A stretch of DNA of 64,000 nucleotides, taken from positions 7,006,001-7,070,000 of the forward strand of contig CM114271.1 in assembly GCA_050084515.1 (NCBI GenBank), in the 5' to 3' direction. The position numbers were made by a program, and so were the translations under genes. This DNA is from Blasia pusilla. Its lineage: Eukaryota. Positions 1 through 11,322 of the stretch are shown here, in pieces. A model generated the notes under the pieces. It was not told where the DNA came from, searched no databases, and was given only the letters and a program-made list of their open reading frames with translations. Position 1 is the stretch's first letter. Each line of letters begins with the position of its first letter.

Positions 1-749
1 AAGGGAAGGAGAAGAGTGTGTCTAAGGCAACTTCATCCAAAAAGCATTATGGTGTAAAGTCACTTGATGTTGAACCATTGGAAAGCTCCAAGTGGTCCTC
101 CATATTTGGAAAGGAAGTCATGCGCTTGAGTAAGTGGAAAAAGTCTCACTTTCCTAGCAGTCATTGGGGAGAGAGATTCACTCCCAAACATGCTCCAGGC
201 TTCGAAGGTGGGGTAAAGGATTTCTTTCCTGCTGGAGCACACCTTGTGTTGTCAGACAAAGGGTATTATCCTGAACCAATTGAAGGTTTGGGAAACGACA
301 TTTTTATTGAAGTCCAAGGGACGCCCCCATATCAACTTAGAAGGACTAGTAACGAGAGGGTCAACATGAATGAGAGGGGATCTGCAAAGAAACGGCAGAG
401 ATCTCCGAACCTCAATGTAAAACAACATCACTTGCAATCTCATAGGACATCCCCTATTCAGGTAGATAGACCTACTACATGCCTCTTAGAACCACAGGAG
501 ATGAACAAGTCACCTCACAGAGCACCAACTGGAAAGAGTGTGGTAGTTAATATATAGATTTGGAGATGAGCTTCGTAGCTAGGAGAGAAAGAGTTTGCAG
601 ATGAATCATCTATAGCAAATGACACATGTAATGCTATCTTTGAGAAGCGAGCAATTTATGGAAGTTGTGGTATCCCGTGTATGAATTTCTGTTACAAGAC
701 TCTCCCTCCCTTGCTATCTCTCCTAAACTCAAGTACTATTGACTATGAC

Positions 750-1917
750 AAATGTCTCTAACGGAGACATTTTTGAAGGGTGGCCGGATTGGTAGAAGTA
801 AAACTGGATCCAACAAGGAAACGATGGCGCTGCCCGAGATGCAGCGCCACCAACGGGGGTGGAATGAACCAGCACATGTTATCCCACAAAGGTTGTCCCG
901 CAATGGCATATTAGCCGCAATAGCGGAGCACGGTACACCATCGTGGCCGCCCCCAACATCGTACTCGACACATGCTCCTCTTGAGCATCAGCAATAGGAA
1001 TCGTCGCACTTGTTTCTCCCATTACCCTGCGTGCTTGCACACCAATAACATCACCAACTTTGCGGAACTCTGATTAGGACCCATCGATGGGGTCCTCATC
1101 GCCTCGGACAACGTGAAATTCTGAGGAAGCATGGCATGTTTCCTGGCTTCCTCTCGTTGTGGATCCAACTTTGCGGCTGCTCCACGCGTCACAACTGTGG
1201 CTGCCTCCATCTAGGCAATCCTGCACATCCAACCAGGATCCTCCATATCTTTGGCTGCTCCATATGATGTCGATGCCACAGATCCAGCATCGGGTAACCT
1301 CAATGCCATAGCGGCAATCTGCTCCTGTAGCTGTTGTATCTGAGTAGCCATCCCAACCTCACGCCCCGTGTCTCCCTCAATGTGTCTAGGTGGTGGGACT
1401 CTACCTCCTCCACGGGCAGCTCCAACACCCTGTCCGGAAACTCCAGCTCCTCGTCTCCCAACGAGACCACTTGGTGCATGATCTCTAGGCCCACCCAGAC
1501 CGGCTACTCGCTTTGATGCCCTCTCTGGCCCTCGATCCGGACATAACTCACGGTGTAAACTAAAACAATTGGCGCGTGTGTGACCATACCTTGTGCGTGC
1601 TCGAGCGCACGGGTACGCCCTTGATTGATCGCTCATCCCTCTGCCACCTCTTACCTTCATGCAAAAGCTATGTAGACGCGTCTGGTTGCGCATTTGCTTG
1701 TTGGTGCCTCCTTGCACCTGCTCTGCATCATCCTTGTTGTCAAAAGAGGCTGAGCTATCTTTGTGTTCTTGGCTTGGTGTTGTGATTTTTCCTTGTAACC
1801 TGATTGGGGCCTACATTTCTGATGCACTAAGTCCACGGCTCCTTGGGTGCAATAAAGTGTATAGGCGATGGAATAGTTCTTTGGTCTGAGTTCGGGTCTA
1901 TGGGTTGGCGGTTGCAC
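750..1917 (-). pseudogene. Decayed gag C-terminal fragment of a relative of the DNMT-Gypsy family
   Basis: Minus-strand ORFs match the gag region at 4900-5600: RYGHTRANCF vs RYGHTRDRCF (zinc knuckle), QIQQLQEQIAAM vs RIDQLEQRIAAM, EAATVVTRGAA vs EAAEVVTRGAA. Boundaries approximate. Confidence 0.7.
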
Positions 1918-1989
1918 TAAAAGCTGCCCTTGGAGCGGATGATCAGGCCCTCCACATCAGATTCATGGCAAGCTGCGGCTGCTAGGATG

Positions 1990-2187
1990 GCGGAGATGCC
2001 CGCTAGACCCGCTATAGAGTGTGCCATGGCTTCTCCTGGGGTAGTGTTGCTGGATAACCGGGGAGAGGTCTTCTAGTTGGTGAGTCTTGGAGGTAGAGCT
2101 TTTAGTTTGCAGTGCGTCTTGTTGGATTCATGAGCAGAGTTGATGTGGAGCGTTGTCCATTCCGGATACAGACATCCTTGGATGGAG
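1990..2187 (+). pseudogene. Older DNMT-Gypsy copy, left part (protease N-terminus), interrupted by the complete element
   Basis: Translates VLLDS...VERCPFRIQTSLDG, homologous to VLLDSGAQ...IEPCPFQIQTSIGG at 6070-6190. The homology resumes at 11940. Confidence 0.8.
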
Positions 2188-2666
2188 TGTCACATCTGAG
2201 TAGCCGATAGGCCGAGATCTATCGTGGATAGGGCGTAGGAGCCAGCGGACTATCTTGAGTGTAACTTTGTCCCACAGTGTCGGATAAGGTTGAGGATAGG
2301 TCCAATGTGTCAGGAACGTCGTTTCTGACGACTTTCATGTTGAGGTCTTTTACAGCCGGGTGACTTGTTGACCAGGTCACGTGCCCCAGGTAACCTGTGC
2401 GCGCAAGTTACCAAGGGAAGGGCTACTCTTAGGGGAAGAGCCTTTTGGCTCTTCCCAACCTATATAAGAGAGGAAGATGGCTTTCCTAAGCCATCTTTCT
2501 CATGTTGGGCCGTTGGAGCACCTCCCTTGTATGTGTGTGAGCTAGGACTAGGGTGCTAGCGTCCGGATTCCTTGATAGCACAGGGTGGACGAGGCTCGAT
2601 ATGCCGATGTAGATTGAGGAGTGGAATTTTAGGCCAAGTGTGCCGTTTTTACTACTCTTTATTTTT
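2188..2666 (+). repeat. Terminal repeat A1 (479 bp)
   Basis: Direct repeat of 11323-11801, about 17 mismatches by eye (~96% identity), mostly transitions. Confidence 0.95.
2459..2468 (+). promoter_or_regulatory. TATA box in repeat A, flanked by two hairpins
   Basis: CCTATATAAG. Upstream GGGAAGAGCC-TTTT-GGCTCTTCCC and downstream AAGATGGCTT-TCCT-AAGCCATCTT. Also present in A2. Confidence 0.65.
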
Positions 2667-2680
2667 ACATGAGAAAGATG
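2667..2680 (+). promoter_or_regulatory. Putative self-priming primer-binding site
   Basis: ACATGAGAAAGATG directly after A1 is the exact reverse complement of CATCTTTCTCATGT (2492-2505), ~30 nt downstream of the TATA box. No TGG-type tRNA PBS is present. Confidence 0.7.
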
Positions 2681-3862
2681 TCAGGGGGCTGCTGGGAATT
2701 TGTTGTTTGCAGGTAGGCAAGCGAGTTGCCTTGGTCGGGAGCCCTGGAGACGTGTGTGTGACGTTTTGTGTCATTTTTTCTGTTCGGAAGGCCGTGGGCG
2801 GAAGCGCTGTCCATTTTTCTCAGATTTTGCTGGTGCGGATTGATGGGGGACAGCAGCCGAGTGTAGCGTTTGGTTGGGCGTCGGATGTACGCAAGTGAGG
2901 GTGTCGAGAGAGAAGGAAAGGGCAGGTTTGGGTCTTGCAGCCGCCGGGTGGCTGTCAAGTAAAGGCGGCTAGGTTAGGTCGCGAAGGCTAGAGTTAGGAC
3001 GCGGGCAGCAGACAGACGCAGACAGGCGCGGACGGGCAAACAGCGAACAGGCGAGGGGCGCGGACGGCGGATGGCAGACGGGCGTGGACAACAGACGGAG
3101 AGAACGGACGGGCGAGGGCCGCATAGGACCGCGGCCCCCCCCCCTTCTTTCCCGCACTTGGGGAGGGCCGCATAGGGCCGCGGGCCCTCCCCTCCCTTCG
3201 TTGTTCTCCCGCAGGTTGGGAGCACGGGCCAAGGGGGCGCGGATGGTGGACGGCAGACGGGCGTGGACGATAGACGGAGAGAACGGACGGCGAGACCGTG
3301 GGCCCCCCCCCATTTTTTCAGAGTGAGATTTTGCACGGAGATTATTTTTGGAAGACTGAACTGACTGTCGGCGAGGTGGGTGAGTTACATCGACAGTTTG
3401 CGGGGGAGAGTTGAAGATGGAGTATCTGTTGACGGGAGGATCGACATGCTGGTCGAGGAGAGTGTTGTGTTGCGGAGATTGTCATATCATGTGGAGGAGT
3501 GCATATTGACGGTGCAGCAGGTTGGAGGGCGTGATCAGTTAACCCATTTGAGTCCCTTTTCTTGCACTTGTCGTGTGTGATTGAGAGTGTTGGGTATCGG
3601 GTAGTAGCTGGTGCTAGATGGGTGCAGTGATGGTGACGAGTGTAGATTCTTTTCATGTGTAGCATGTTGGTGGATATACGGCGGTTTCCGAGTAGGGGTT
3701 GCGTGTATGACCCGAGAGAGTGTCGCTAGGTTAGGTGAGTCATTTGGGAGGCTCATGGTGAGCCCGAGTGTTGAGCATGGGTGAGGCCGGGTATGTCATC
3801 ACGGGATTGACGTTAGCACATGTGAGCTAGTGAGGCGTGTGGGAGATTCTCGATGAGTCTGA

Positions 3863-5413
3863 GTGCTTGAGTGGGTGAGACAAGGTTTGTCATCACGGCG
3901 TTCTTCGAGGGTTCGGAAGAACGGGGTAGCGCGAGCAGTGACACGGAGTGAAGTGAGATACCGAAGGGTTACCAGTGAGGAGCTCCCTCGACATCCATCC
4001 GTGACTGGATCGTCGTCATTGGACACTGGGTCTGGTGACGAGATCATCGACAAAGACAGTAGTACTTGGCAAGAGATGGACGACATGGGCCATTGGGGCA
4101 TGCGTCGTTTCTCGGGTGCAGTGGGCACCATCGACTTAGATAATTTCATCCAGGAGTTCGACATATGGTGCGACTTCCAAGAGATACGGACCCCGACACG
4201 GTTCAACCCTTTCATGGCATGGAAGGGGTTGTTCCAGCACTTGGAGGGTCCTCTGATGGATGACTACATGGAGTTTCGATCACTATATTCAGTAGAGATC
4301 GATGCCTGGAGGATGTATTGGGCTCCAGGGTATGTGTCCACTAGTGGTCGCGAGGCATATGATGGGATTGTGAGAGGAGAGAGACCCACACCATTAGCCC
4401 GGAGACTAGATGGAGAGGAGGGCAGTGAGACAGGCGATGTGGCAAAGACCTTTGGTGGTAGAGGGCCACCCAGCTTCATCCCCACAATGGAGTTCTTCCG
4501 ACATTTGGGGAAGAGCTACCAGGGCGTACGCACCGACAAGCTGAAGAGTCTACAGGATTTTCAGCGACGATCGGGTGAGAGTCTGAGAGAGGCCTTCACA
4601 CGCATGAGGAGGCTGATCATTGCTACGTTTGGAGGATCGAGGCGCGTCGGTCCAGTCAAGATTGGTCTGGGGTTACGGGACCGAGAACTACGGAGGAGAG
4701 TCGAGATGCGTGTCTTTGATTCACACAAATGGAAGCCCACATTGAAGGTGGTCTTTGAGTTGTCTGAGCGTATTGAGCTCAACATGAGTGAGGAGCAGGT
4801 AGTGACCGCTGGATTTTCTCGATAATCGACGGGTCCACGAGCGGCGGTGACCCCACAGGTGCCACAGCGAGCACCAGTACCACGAGAGCGGGCTAGTGTG
4901 CCTAGAGAGTAGGGCGGGTACCGTGAGCCTATGAGGCAACGACCCCCACCTACATATGTTGCCCAACAGGGACCGATGTGGTCTTGTTGGACGTGTGGAG
5001 GGGCCCATAGGCAGAGAGATTGCCCACAGCATGGGAGAGGACCACCAGCGCCTCCGATTGCTCAGGAGCCACAATGGATGGCCCCACCACATCACCAGTA
5101 TGACCATTGCCACAGATATGGTCACACTAGGGATAGATGTTTTGACCTTCGCCGAGGGGCACGTCCAGAGGTAGGCCGAGGGCCTAGGGGCGGTCGTCCT
5201 GGAGGAGGTCAGGGAGTTCTTCCTGGACGTGGTGGTAGAGGACCACCACCAGCCAGAGGAGATGGAGCAAGAGCACCAGAGCCGGCGCTTCTCTCACGCA
5301 TCGATCAGTTGGAGCAGAGGATTGCTGCCATGACGATGATGCAGCTTAGGGAAGACATGGAGCTGCGAGCAGCTAGTGTGACTCCAATCGCTACCTCTTA
5401 CCCGACGCGGTGA
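3863..5413 (+). pseudogene. gag: Gag (capsid-like region plus two zinc knuckles), disrupted
   Basis: ORF 3863-4825 (...FSGAVGTIDLDNFIQEF...FQRRSGESLREAFTRM) and ORF 4931-5413 with CWTCGGAHRQRDC and (Y)DHCHRYGHTRDRC knuckles plus RGG-rich segments. Confidence 0.8.
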
Positions 5414-6029
5414 GGATCTCTCCAGTATGGGATTCATGTGTAGTGCAGCCCAGGTTGAGGCAGCTGAAGTGGTGACTCGGGGTGCTGCGAGAGGCACCGA
5501 GCCATCGAGAGGTGGAGTTGAGACCCGACCCACGAGAGGGGACCGATGGGGCTGCAGCCAGGGTTCCCTGATCGTTCACATTGTCGGAGGCACTACACAC
5601 ACCATCGATGGTGCCTCGGCGACCAGCGGTGCCTCGATTCGAGGCACCTACATCGCGTCACAAGGAGTTGGAGTGACAACTCCTATGCCGGCTCAGTGGA
5701 GTCGAGTGTCGACTATAGTGTTGAGGTGGCCACTAGAGTGAGTCAGACTCCGCTATTTTCCGCCTTAGAGTTGGCGACGTGGGGAGTTGGACCAGGTGAG
5801 GTGTTCGGTTGGCCGCCACGTTGTGTGGCGTGGAGAGATGGCGCTTCTTGTTTAGAGGTAGTTAAGGAGGTGGTGGACTTGCCCTCGAGCGGTGCTTGGG
5901 ACGTTCCCCATAGAGTCGTGGCATGCGGCGGCAGCGAAGTTGGTAGATATGCCAGCTCGACCGGCCATAGAGCGAGCAGTGGTGACACCTGGAGTAGTGT
6001 TATTGGATAACTGAGCTGGAGTATTTCGC

Positions 6030-6420
6030 TTGGTTAGTCCAAAAAGGACGGTATACCACCCGCACCGCGTCCTACTTGATTCGGGAGCGCAACCCTTGAT
6101 GTTAGGGAAGGCGGCGTGTTTAGCGTTGGGGTTACGGAAGGCCAAAATTGAGCCTTGTCCCTTCCAGATACAGACCTCGATTGGGGGCGTATCACCCACT
6201 CAGTATATGACTCGACAGGAGATTGTTGTCAAAGTCCAGCCAGAGCATGCGACGGATAGTGCTATGGTGCGCACACGTGCGATTACGACACCAGCTGAGT
6301 CGTACGATGTGTTGGTGGGGAGTACAATGTTATATCCCCTAGGATTCATCCTTGACTTCTGGGAGGAGACCGTTGCTTATCGGCCAGGATGGCGGTCAGG
6401 TGACGGTCGGATGAGTCAAT
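6030..6420 (+). CDS. Retrotransposon aspartic protease domain
   Basis: VLLDSGAQ active site and SYDVLVG motif. Confidence 0.85.
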
Positions 6421-6794
6421 TACCCGTGCAGTTTGCAGGACGAGGTGGTCGATCACGAGGCGAGTCTGTGACCACGTTGGCGGCTTTCACAGGTAGTGTT
6501 AGCTGGCCAGGAGAGTTGTTGGAGGGGAACGCACATGCAGAGGATGTCCCAGTAGCGGATAGTCCCACGGAGAGACAGGCCATGGCGGGTGTCTCTTCCC
6601 ATGTTAGCGATACCTCTTCACCATTATGGGGTACGACTCGAGAGCTACAGAGGAGTGCCGACGACCTCGTGAGGCAGGCGTGGAGTCATGTTTTTATCCC
6701 TGAGCAGCAAGAGTCACGTGGCGATCGGGCTCTTGGAGTGGAGACGATGACCCCACTAGATACCACACCTGTTGTGTGGCAGTGCCCAGAGAAG

Positions 6795-7735
6795 GGTGTT
6801 AGATCTCTTCGGAGGGATTAGCACCGGATTGGCTGCCATATTGCGTGGCATACGGGTGCATCAGTACCTTTATGTGGAGAGAGATGAGACCGCGCGGCGA
6901 GTATCATTACGTCACGTGGCGAGATTGGTCCAGAGGTATCCTGAGTTGTTGTTGGTATCTGCAGTACGGGGATACCAGCATACGCTATCCGCCGACATCT
7001 CTTTGGTGGGGGTGCAGGATCTGGATAGAGTTGGCACCATTCATTTGGTGATTGTTGGATGGCCATGTCAGGGTCATTCATCAGCTGGCCGAGGATTTGG
7101 ATTGCAGGATCCGAGGTCAGGGGTATTTTGGGAGATGCTGCGAGTATTACGACACTTGCAGGAGAGTCAGATATGTTCTCCAGCATACATTTTGGAGAAC
7201 GTGCCATTGTTGGGAGACACTCGTGCACGTGTGATGATGAGTGTACATCAGGTGAGGTCCTGGTTGGGACCTACTATGTTGTTAGATGCAGCGAGAGTTG
7301 GGTCACGTGCCCATCGTCCACAACTGTGGTGGACGAACTTGATACCATCAGAGGTACTGAGTCAAGCCTACAGTGGAGTCCAGAGAGCACCACATCTCAC
7401 AGTGGATGTTATTTTGGGCTCAGGGCATCGATCTCAAGTGATGACACGCGATGATAGACCACCGTTGGCCACGGCCAATAGGGTGGGGGAGTTAAGGGTA
7501 GCCTTACCTACGTTGGTGAGCTTCCCAGCATCCCATGCCTTTCGTCAGGGAGGGCCAAGCATGATTTGGGATGAGGTGACCGGAGTATTGGAGGAGCCTA
7601 CAGTAGATGAGCGTGAGCGCGCCATGGGGTTCACTACCGGTACTACGGCGGTGCCAGGGATGACTGAAGCATCACGGAGATAGGTGTTGGGGCAGGGGAT
7701 GGACCTCAACTGTCTCACATGGATAGTCAGCCTAG
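6795..7735 (+). pseudogene. C5 DNA cytosine methyltransferase domain within Pol (frameshifted at its start; one nonsense change before motif X)
   Basis: Motif I VLDLFGGI, motif II YVERD, motif IV GWPCQG (7057-7074, catalytic Cys), motif VI ILENV, motif VIII HRPQLWWTN, motif IX ERERAMGF, motif X-like VLGQGMD after TAG 7681. Confidence 0.92.
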
Positions 7736-8099
7736 GTACGGCTTAGCAGAGACGGATGCGAGTGTCATCCATGCCGTCACGTCCACGAGTTGGACCACTG
7801 CCTACAGGGTATGTACAGGCATTGGCTGGGGGCGAGATGATAAGAGATGGACTTCCTGGGACGTCGTTCGAGCAGAGAGTGCGAAGGCGGCTAGAGTAGC
7901 ACATGTTCATTTTTCGGATGTGGAGCATGGTGTAGGCGATCAGAGTGGATTGGGTGTTGCGGAGGTGGCTAGGATTGCTACATAGCAACCAAAGCCAGAG
8001 GTTGCGTCCTCTCCGAGTGAGGTCACGATGGAGACTTGGGAGCCTGTGATAGGTCTCAAGTTGATAGGAGGAGAGCGATGGCGAGTTCATAGGTTTCTA

Positions 8100-9470
8100 A
8101 GAGGGCATGTTTGTTGTTTTGCCTTCAGTATGAGAGACTTGGGTACGCCAAAGGGTCCCGGGATACGGATTGAGTTGGCTAGTGATACGCCAATCTTTCG
8201 TCGACCCTACAGGTATTCTGATATGGAGCGAGCCTTGATTTGAGCGAGAGTCGGGACTTGTTGGAGGCAGGACTTGTGGAGTTATCACATGGGGAGTATG
8301 CATTTACCACAGTCATGCCGGCGAAGAAGGATATGTATGGCAATTGGACGGATAGGCGGATGTGTGGAGATTACCGTCCTATCAACCGACAGACGAGGTC
8401 AGATTGATATGCCATGCCTACTCCTAAGGAGATCTTTGATGCGGTAGGGCATACAAAGATCTTCAGTACTTTAGATCTCCGTGGTGACTATCATCAGCTT
8501 CCTATCAGGTTGGAGGACAGGGAGAAGACAACATTCTGGGGGATAGATCGGTCCGGGAGAGATTGCTTGTATCAGTGGCGGTTCTTACCATTTGGATTGA
8601 AGAACGCGCCTACGGAGTTTCAGAGAGTGATGGATAGGATTCAGGCTGGCTTGGATTTTGTACGATGTTACATAGATGATATTCTTATCTTCAGTTCCAC
8701 GGTTGAGGAGCATGAGCGACACTTGGAGGAGGTGTTTCGGCGATTGCGATTACATGGGGAAGTTACATCCAGGCAAGTGCAGATTCTTTCAGGAGCAGAT
8801 TGAGTACTTGGGACACACCATATACCCGAGTGGGTTAGGCGTTCAGAAAACGAAGGTAAAGGCTATTGCGCAGATTCCACGCCCTACAGATGTGAGTCGA
8901 GTCCGAGCATTTCTTGGACTGGCGAACTTCTATCGACGGTATGTCAAGGGTTTTAGTGCGATCGCAAAGTCTTTGACCTTGTTGACGAGACTTGATCAGG
9001 TGTGGTTGTGGGGAGATGATCAGGAGCGAGCATTTCAGGAGCTCAAGGACAAGTTGACGTCCTCACCCATTTTACAGAGACCGGTTAGGGGTCGCCCATT
9101 CCAGTTACATACGGATTGGAGCATGTTGGGTCTAGGAGCAGTGCTTACTCAGAGGGATGACGAGGAGAGGGAGTTCATCGTGGCTTACGCGAGCCAATCG
9201 AACAACATTGCAAAGGCAAAGTACAACTCCTATGAGGGAGAGTGCTTGGCTGCAGTGTGGGCCGTGGCATATTTTAGGTGCTATTTGTTCGGCAACCCTT
9301 TCACACTTATCACTGATCATCAGCCGTTGAGGTGGTTGATGGAGTCCGACAAGCTTACGGGAAAGCTTGCCAGGTGGGCTCTATTACTACAAGAGTATGA
9401 GTTTGAGGTGGTTCATAGGCCAGGTTGGCTGAACCAGGATGCGGATGGGTTGAGTCGTAACCCATGTCCG
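8100..9470 (+). pseudogene. pol: Reverse transcriptase and RNase H (Ty3/Gypsy type)
   Basis: RMCGDYR, FSTLDLR..YHQ, LPFGLKNAP, YIDD (8669-8680). RNase H TDWS...EGEC...TDH...ADGLSR. Confidence 0.95.
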
Positions 9471-9723
9471 AGTCAGAGAGACGACACAGGAGCTCGATGG
9501 CACGGAGAGAGTGATGAGGAGATGGTGCCCGGTTGGCATGCATCCGCCTATCTTTGTTGGTTGACTATGGCAGGTTAGCCACAGGTGATGACTCCAGTGG
9601 TGGGATTGGATGATGAGTCTTTGGATCCGGAGGTTAGTGAGGAGGCGACAGGTGGTCGTGATATCCATGACAACGTGGAGGTTGTGGAGTTATTGCGCAT
9701 TGGCGTCATTGTGAGTACAGTGA

Positions 9724-11106
9724 GTGCTAGGGAGCGGGATCGGATCCTTCCTTCAGAGAGCCAAGAGGTTCAGGTGGGAGGGGACACACATTTTACGGGT
9801 ATGGGAAGATGGTAGGATACGAGTGGTACCTCATCCTTCCCAGCAAGCACGTGTAGTGCGACATGCCCATGAGGAGTTGGGACATTTTGGAGTAAAGCGT
9901 ACGTTCAACTTACTCCAGGTTCAGTATAGGTGGCGCGGCATGCATACTGGGGTACAGCAGTTTGTGGCCAGATGTATGGTATGTGACAGAGTGCGAGCAT
10001 CCTTCAATGCTCCCACTCCACAGTTACATCCTTTGCTGATTATGGGTTTAGGTTATCGGTGGAGTTTAGACTTTGCGGGACCTTTGCCATTGACAGGGCG
10101 TCATCATAGGTACGTGTTGGTCATGGTGGAGCATTTCTCCAAGTGGATAGAGTTGGTGGCACTACCAGACAAGGCGAGCAAGGGAACAGCTTATGCGTTT
10201 CTAGATCGTGTGCTTAGTCACTTTGGTGCACCGGCGGAGGTGTTGACTGACCAGGGTACCGAGTTCAGGGGAGAGTTTCAGGCCTTGTGTGATCAGGCGC
10301 TGATAGATCACCGCACCACATCCAGGGATCATCTTGAGGCGGACGGGTTGGCGGAGAGAGTGGTACAGACGGTGAAGAGAGGATTGCGCAAGTATGGCTT
10401 GCAGCGGGGACAGTTGAGGGAGTGGGACCTACAGTTGCCATGGTTGGCTATGGGTTATCGCTTTAGTTGGCATGCATCCTTGACATCATTTTCACCGTAC
10501 TTTTTGCTCTTTGGGAGAGAGCCAGATTTACCTGCAGCGATTCGAGGTGACATGGCGGAGGTGTTAGATCTTGATGATCCAGATGTGTGGGTGCAAGCAT
10601 GTTCTCAGAGGGCAGAAGTTTTTCGTAGAGTTATGGCTATGGCCTTTGAGAACTTAGCTATTGCTCAGCATACAGATACATTGAGGTACGCGACCATTCA
10701 TGGAGGAGGTTATTGTCCAGGGATTAGGAGGTTTCATCTTGGAGATTACGTGTATTTACAGCAGGCGGCACCCACGACGCTAGATGTCACTGCAGGGCGC
10801 ACGATCCTACGTGTGCGCGAGGTATTACCGACCGGAGTCCTCATGTTGGAGGGACGGGATGGTATGGTTTGGAAGGATCATGTGCGCAATTGTGCGCCAT
10901 GTCATCTTCCAAACGTAGATGGGATGGTGGATCCAAGCTTGGCAGTGGTACTTGCAGGCTTGAGGTGTATGTTGTGCGGATCTGCGAGGGGTGCAGCCAC
11001 CATGTTGGTATGTGATGGTTGTTCTCGAGGGTGGCATATGTCATGTCTGACCCCCCCTCTTGATGTGGTTCCCACGGGACGATGGATGTGTCCGAGATGT
11101 GTATAG
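9724..11106 (+). CDS. DDE integrase with C-terminal PHD finger
   Basis: HHCC (HEELGHFG...CMVC); D (SLDF), D (TDQG), E (LAER). C-terminal C4HC3 CMLC...VCDGC...WHMSC...WMCPRC. Confidence 0.93.
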   Translation: MLGSGIGSFLQRAKRFRWEGTHILRVWEDGRIRVVPHPSQQARVVRHAHEELGHFGVKRTFNLLQVQYRWRGMHTGVQQFVARCMVCDRVRASFNAPTPQLHPLLIMGLGYRWSLDFAGPLPLTGRHHRYVLVMVEHFSKWIELVALPDKASKGTAYAFLDRVLSHFGAPAEVLTDQGTEFRGEFQALCDQALIDHRTTSRDHLEADGLAERVVQTVKRGLRKYGLQRGQLREWDLQLPWLAMGYRFSWHASLTSFSPYFLLFGREPDLPAAIRGDMAEVLDLDDPDVWVQACSQRAEVFRRVMAMAFENLAIAQHTDTLRYATIHGGGYCPGIRRFHLGDYVYLQQAAPTTLDVTAGRTILRVREVLPTGVLMLEGRDGMVWKDHVRNCAPCHLPNVDGMVDPSLAVVLAGLRCMLCGSARGAATMLVCDGCSRGWHMSCLTPPLDVVPTGRWMCPRCV

Positions 11107-11173
11107 GGTAGTAGGTCATGTCAGAGCGATGTGATATTTTCTATCTGGAGTTAGGGGGATCCAACTGCGAGCT

Positions 11174-11182
11174 AGGGGGGCG
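11174..11182 (+). promoter_or_regulatory. Polypurine tract
   Basis: AGGGGGGCG immediately 5' of B1. An equivalent TAGGGG tract precedes B1 in all four copies. Confidence 0.8.
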
Positions 11183-11320
11183 GTTGTGTGATCTCCATGT
11201 ATATGTATGAGTTGATTTTTGTACATGTGTGGATCGATCCGTGTGTGGGGAAGATCAGTGTTGTGTGGTGTAGATGTGACGAGCGATGTATGTTGTGTAG
11301 CGATATGTATGTGCACGACA
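11183..11320 (+). repeat. Terminal repeat B1 (138 bp)
   Basis: Direct repeat of 11802-11939; ends GTGCACGACA. Confidence 0.93.
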
Positions 11321-11322
11321 GC

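Noticed and set aside
18-557. 179-aa plus-strand ORF
   Set aside because: No recognisable motifs; likely decayed repeat sequence or a chance ORF.
2969-3336. Overlapping Pro/Arg-rich ORFs
   Set aside because: These arise from a GC-rich duplicated motif in the retroelement 5' UTR.
6772-7683. Bacterial restriction-modification methylase or host DNMT gene
   Set aside because: Intronless, fused in Pol and repeated at the same position in three TE copies, in a eukaryotic context.
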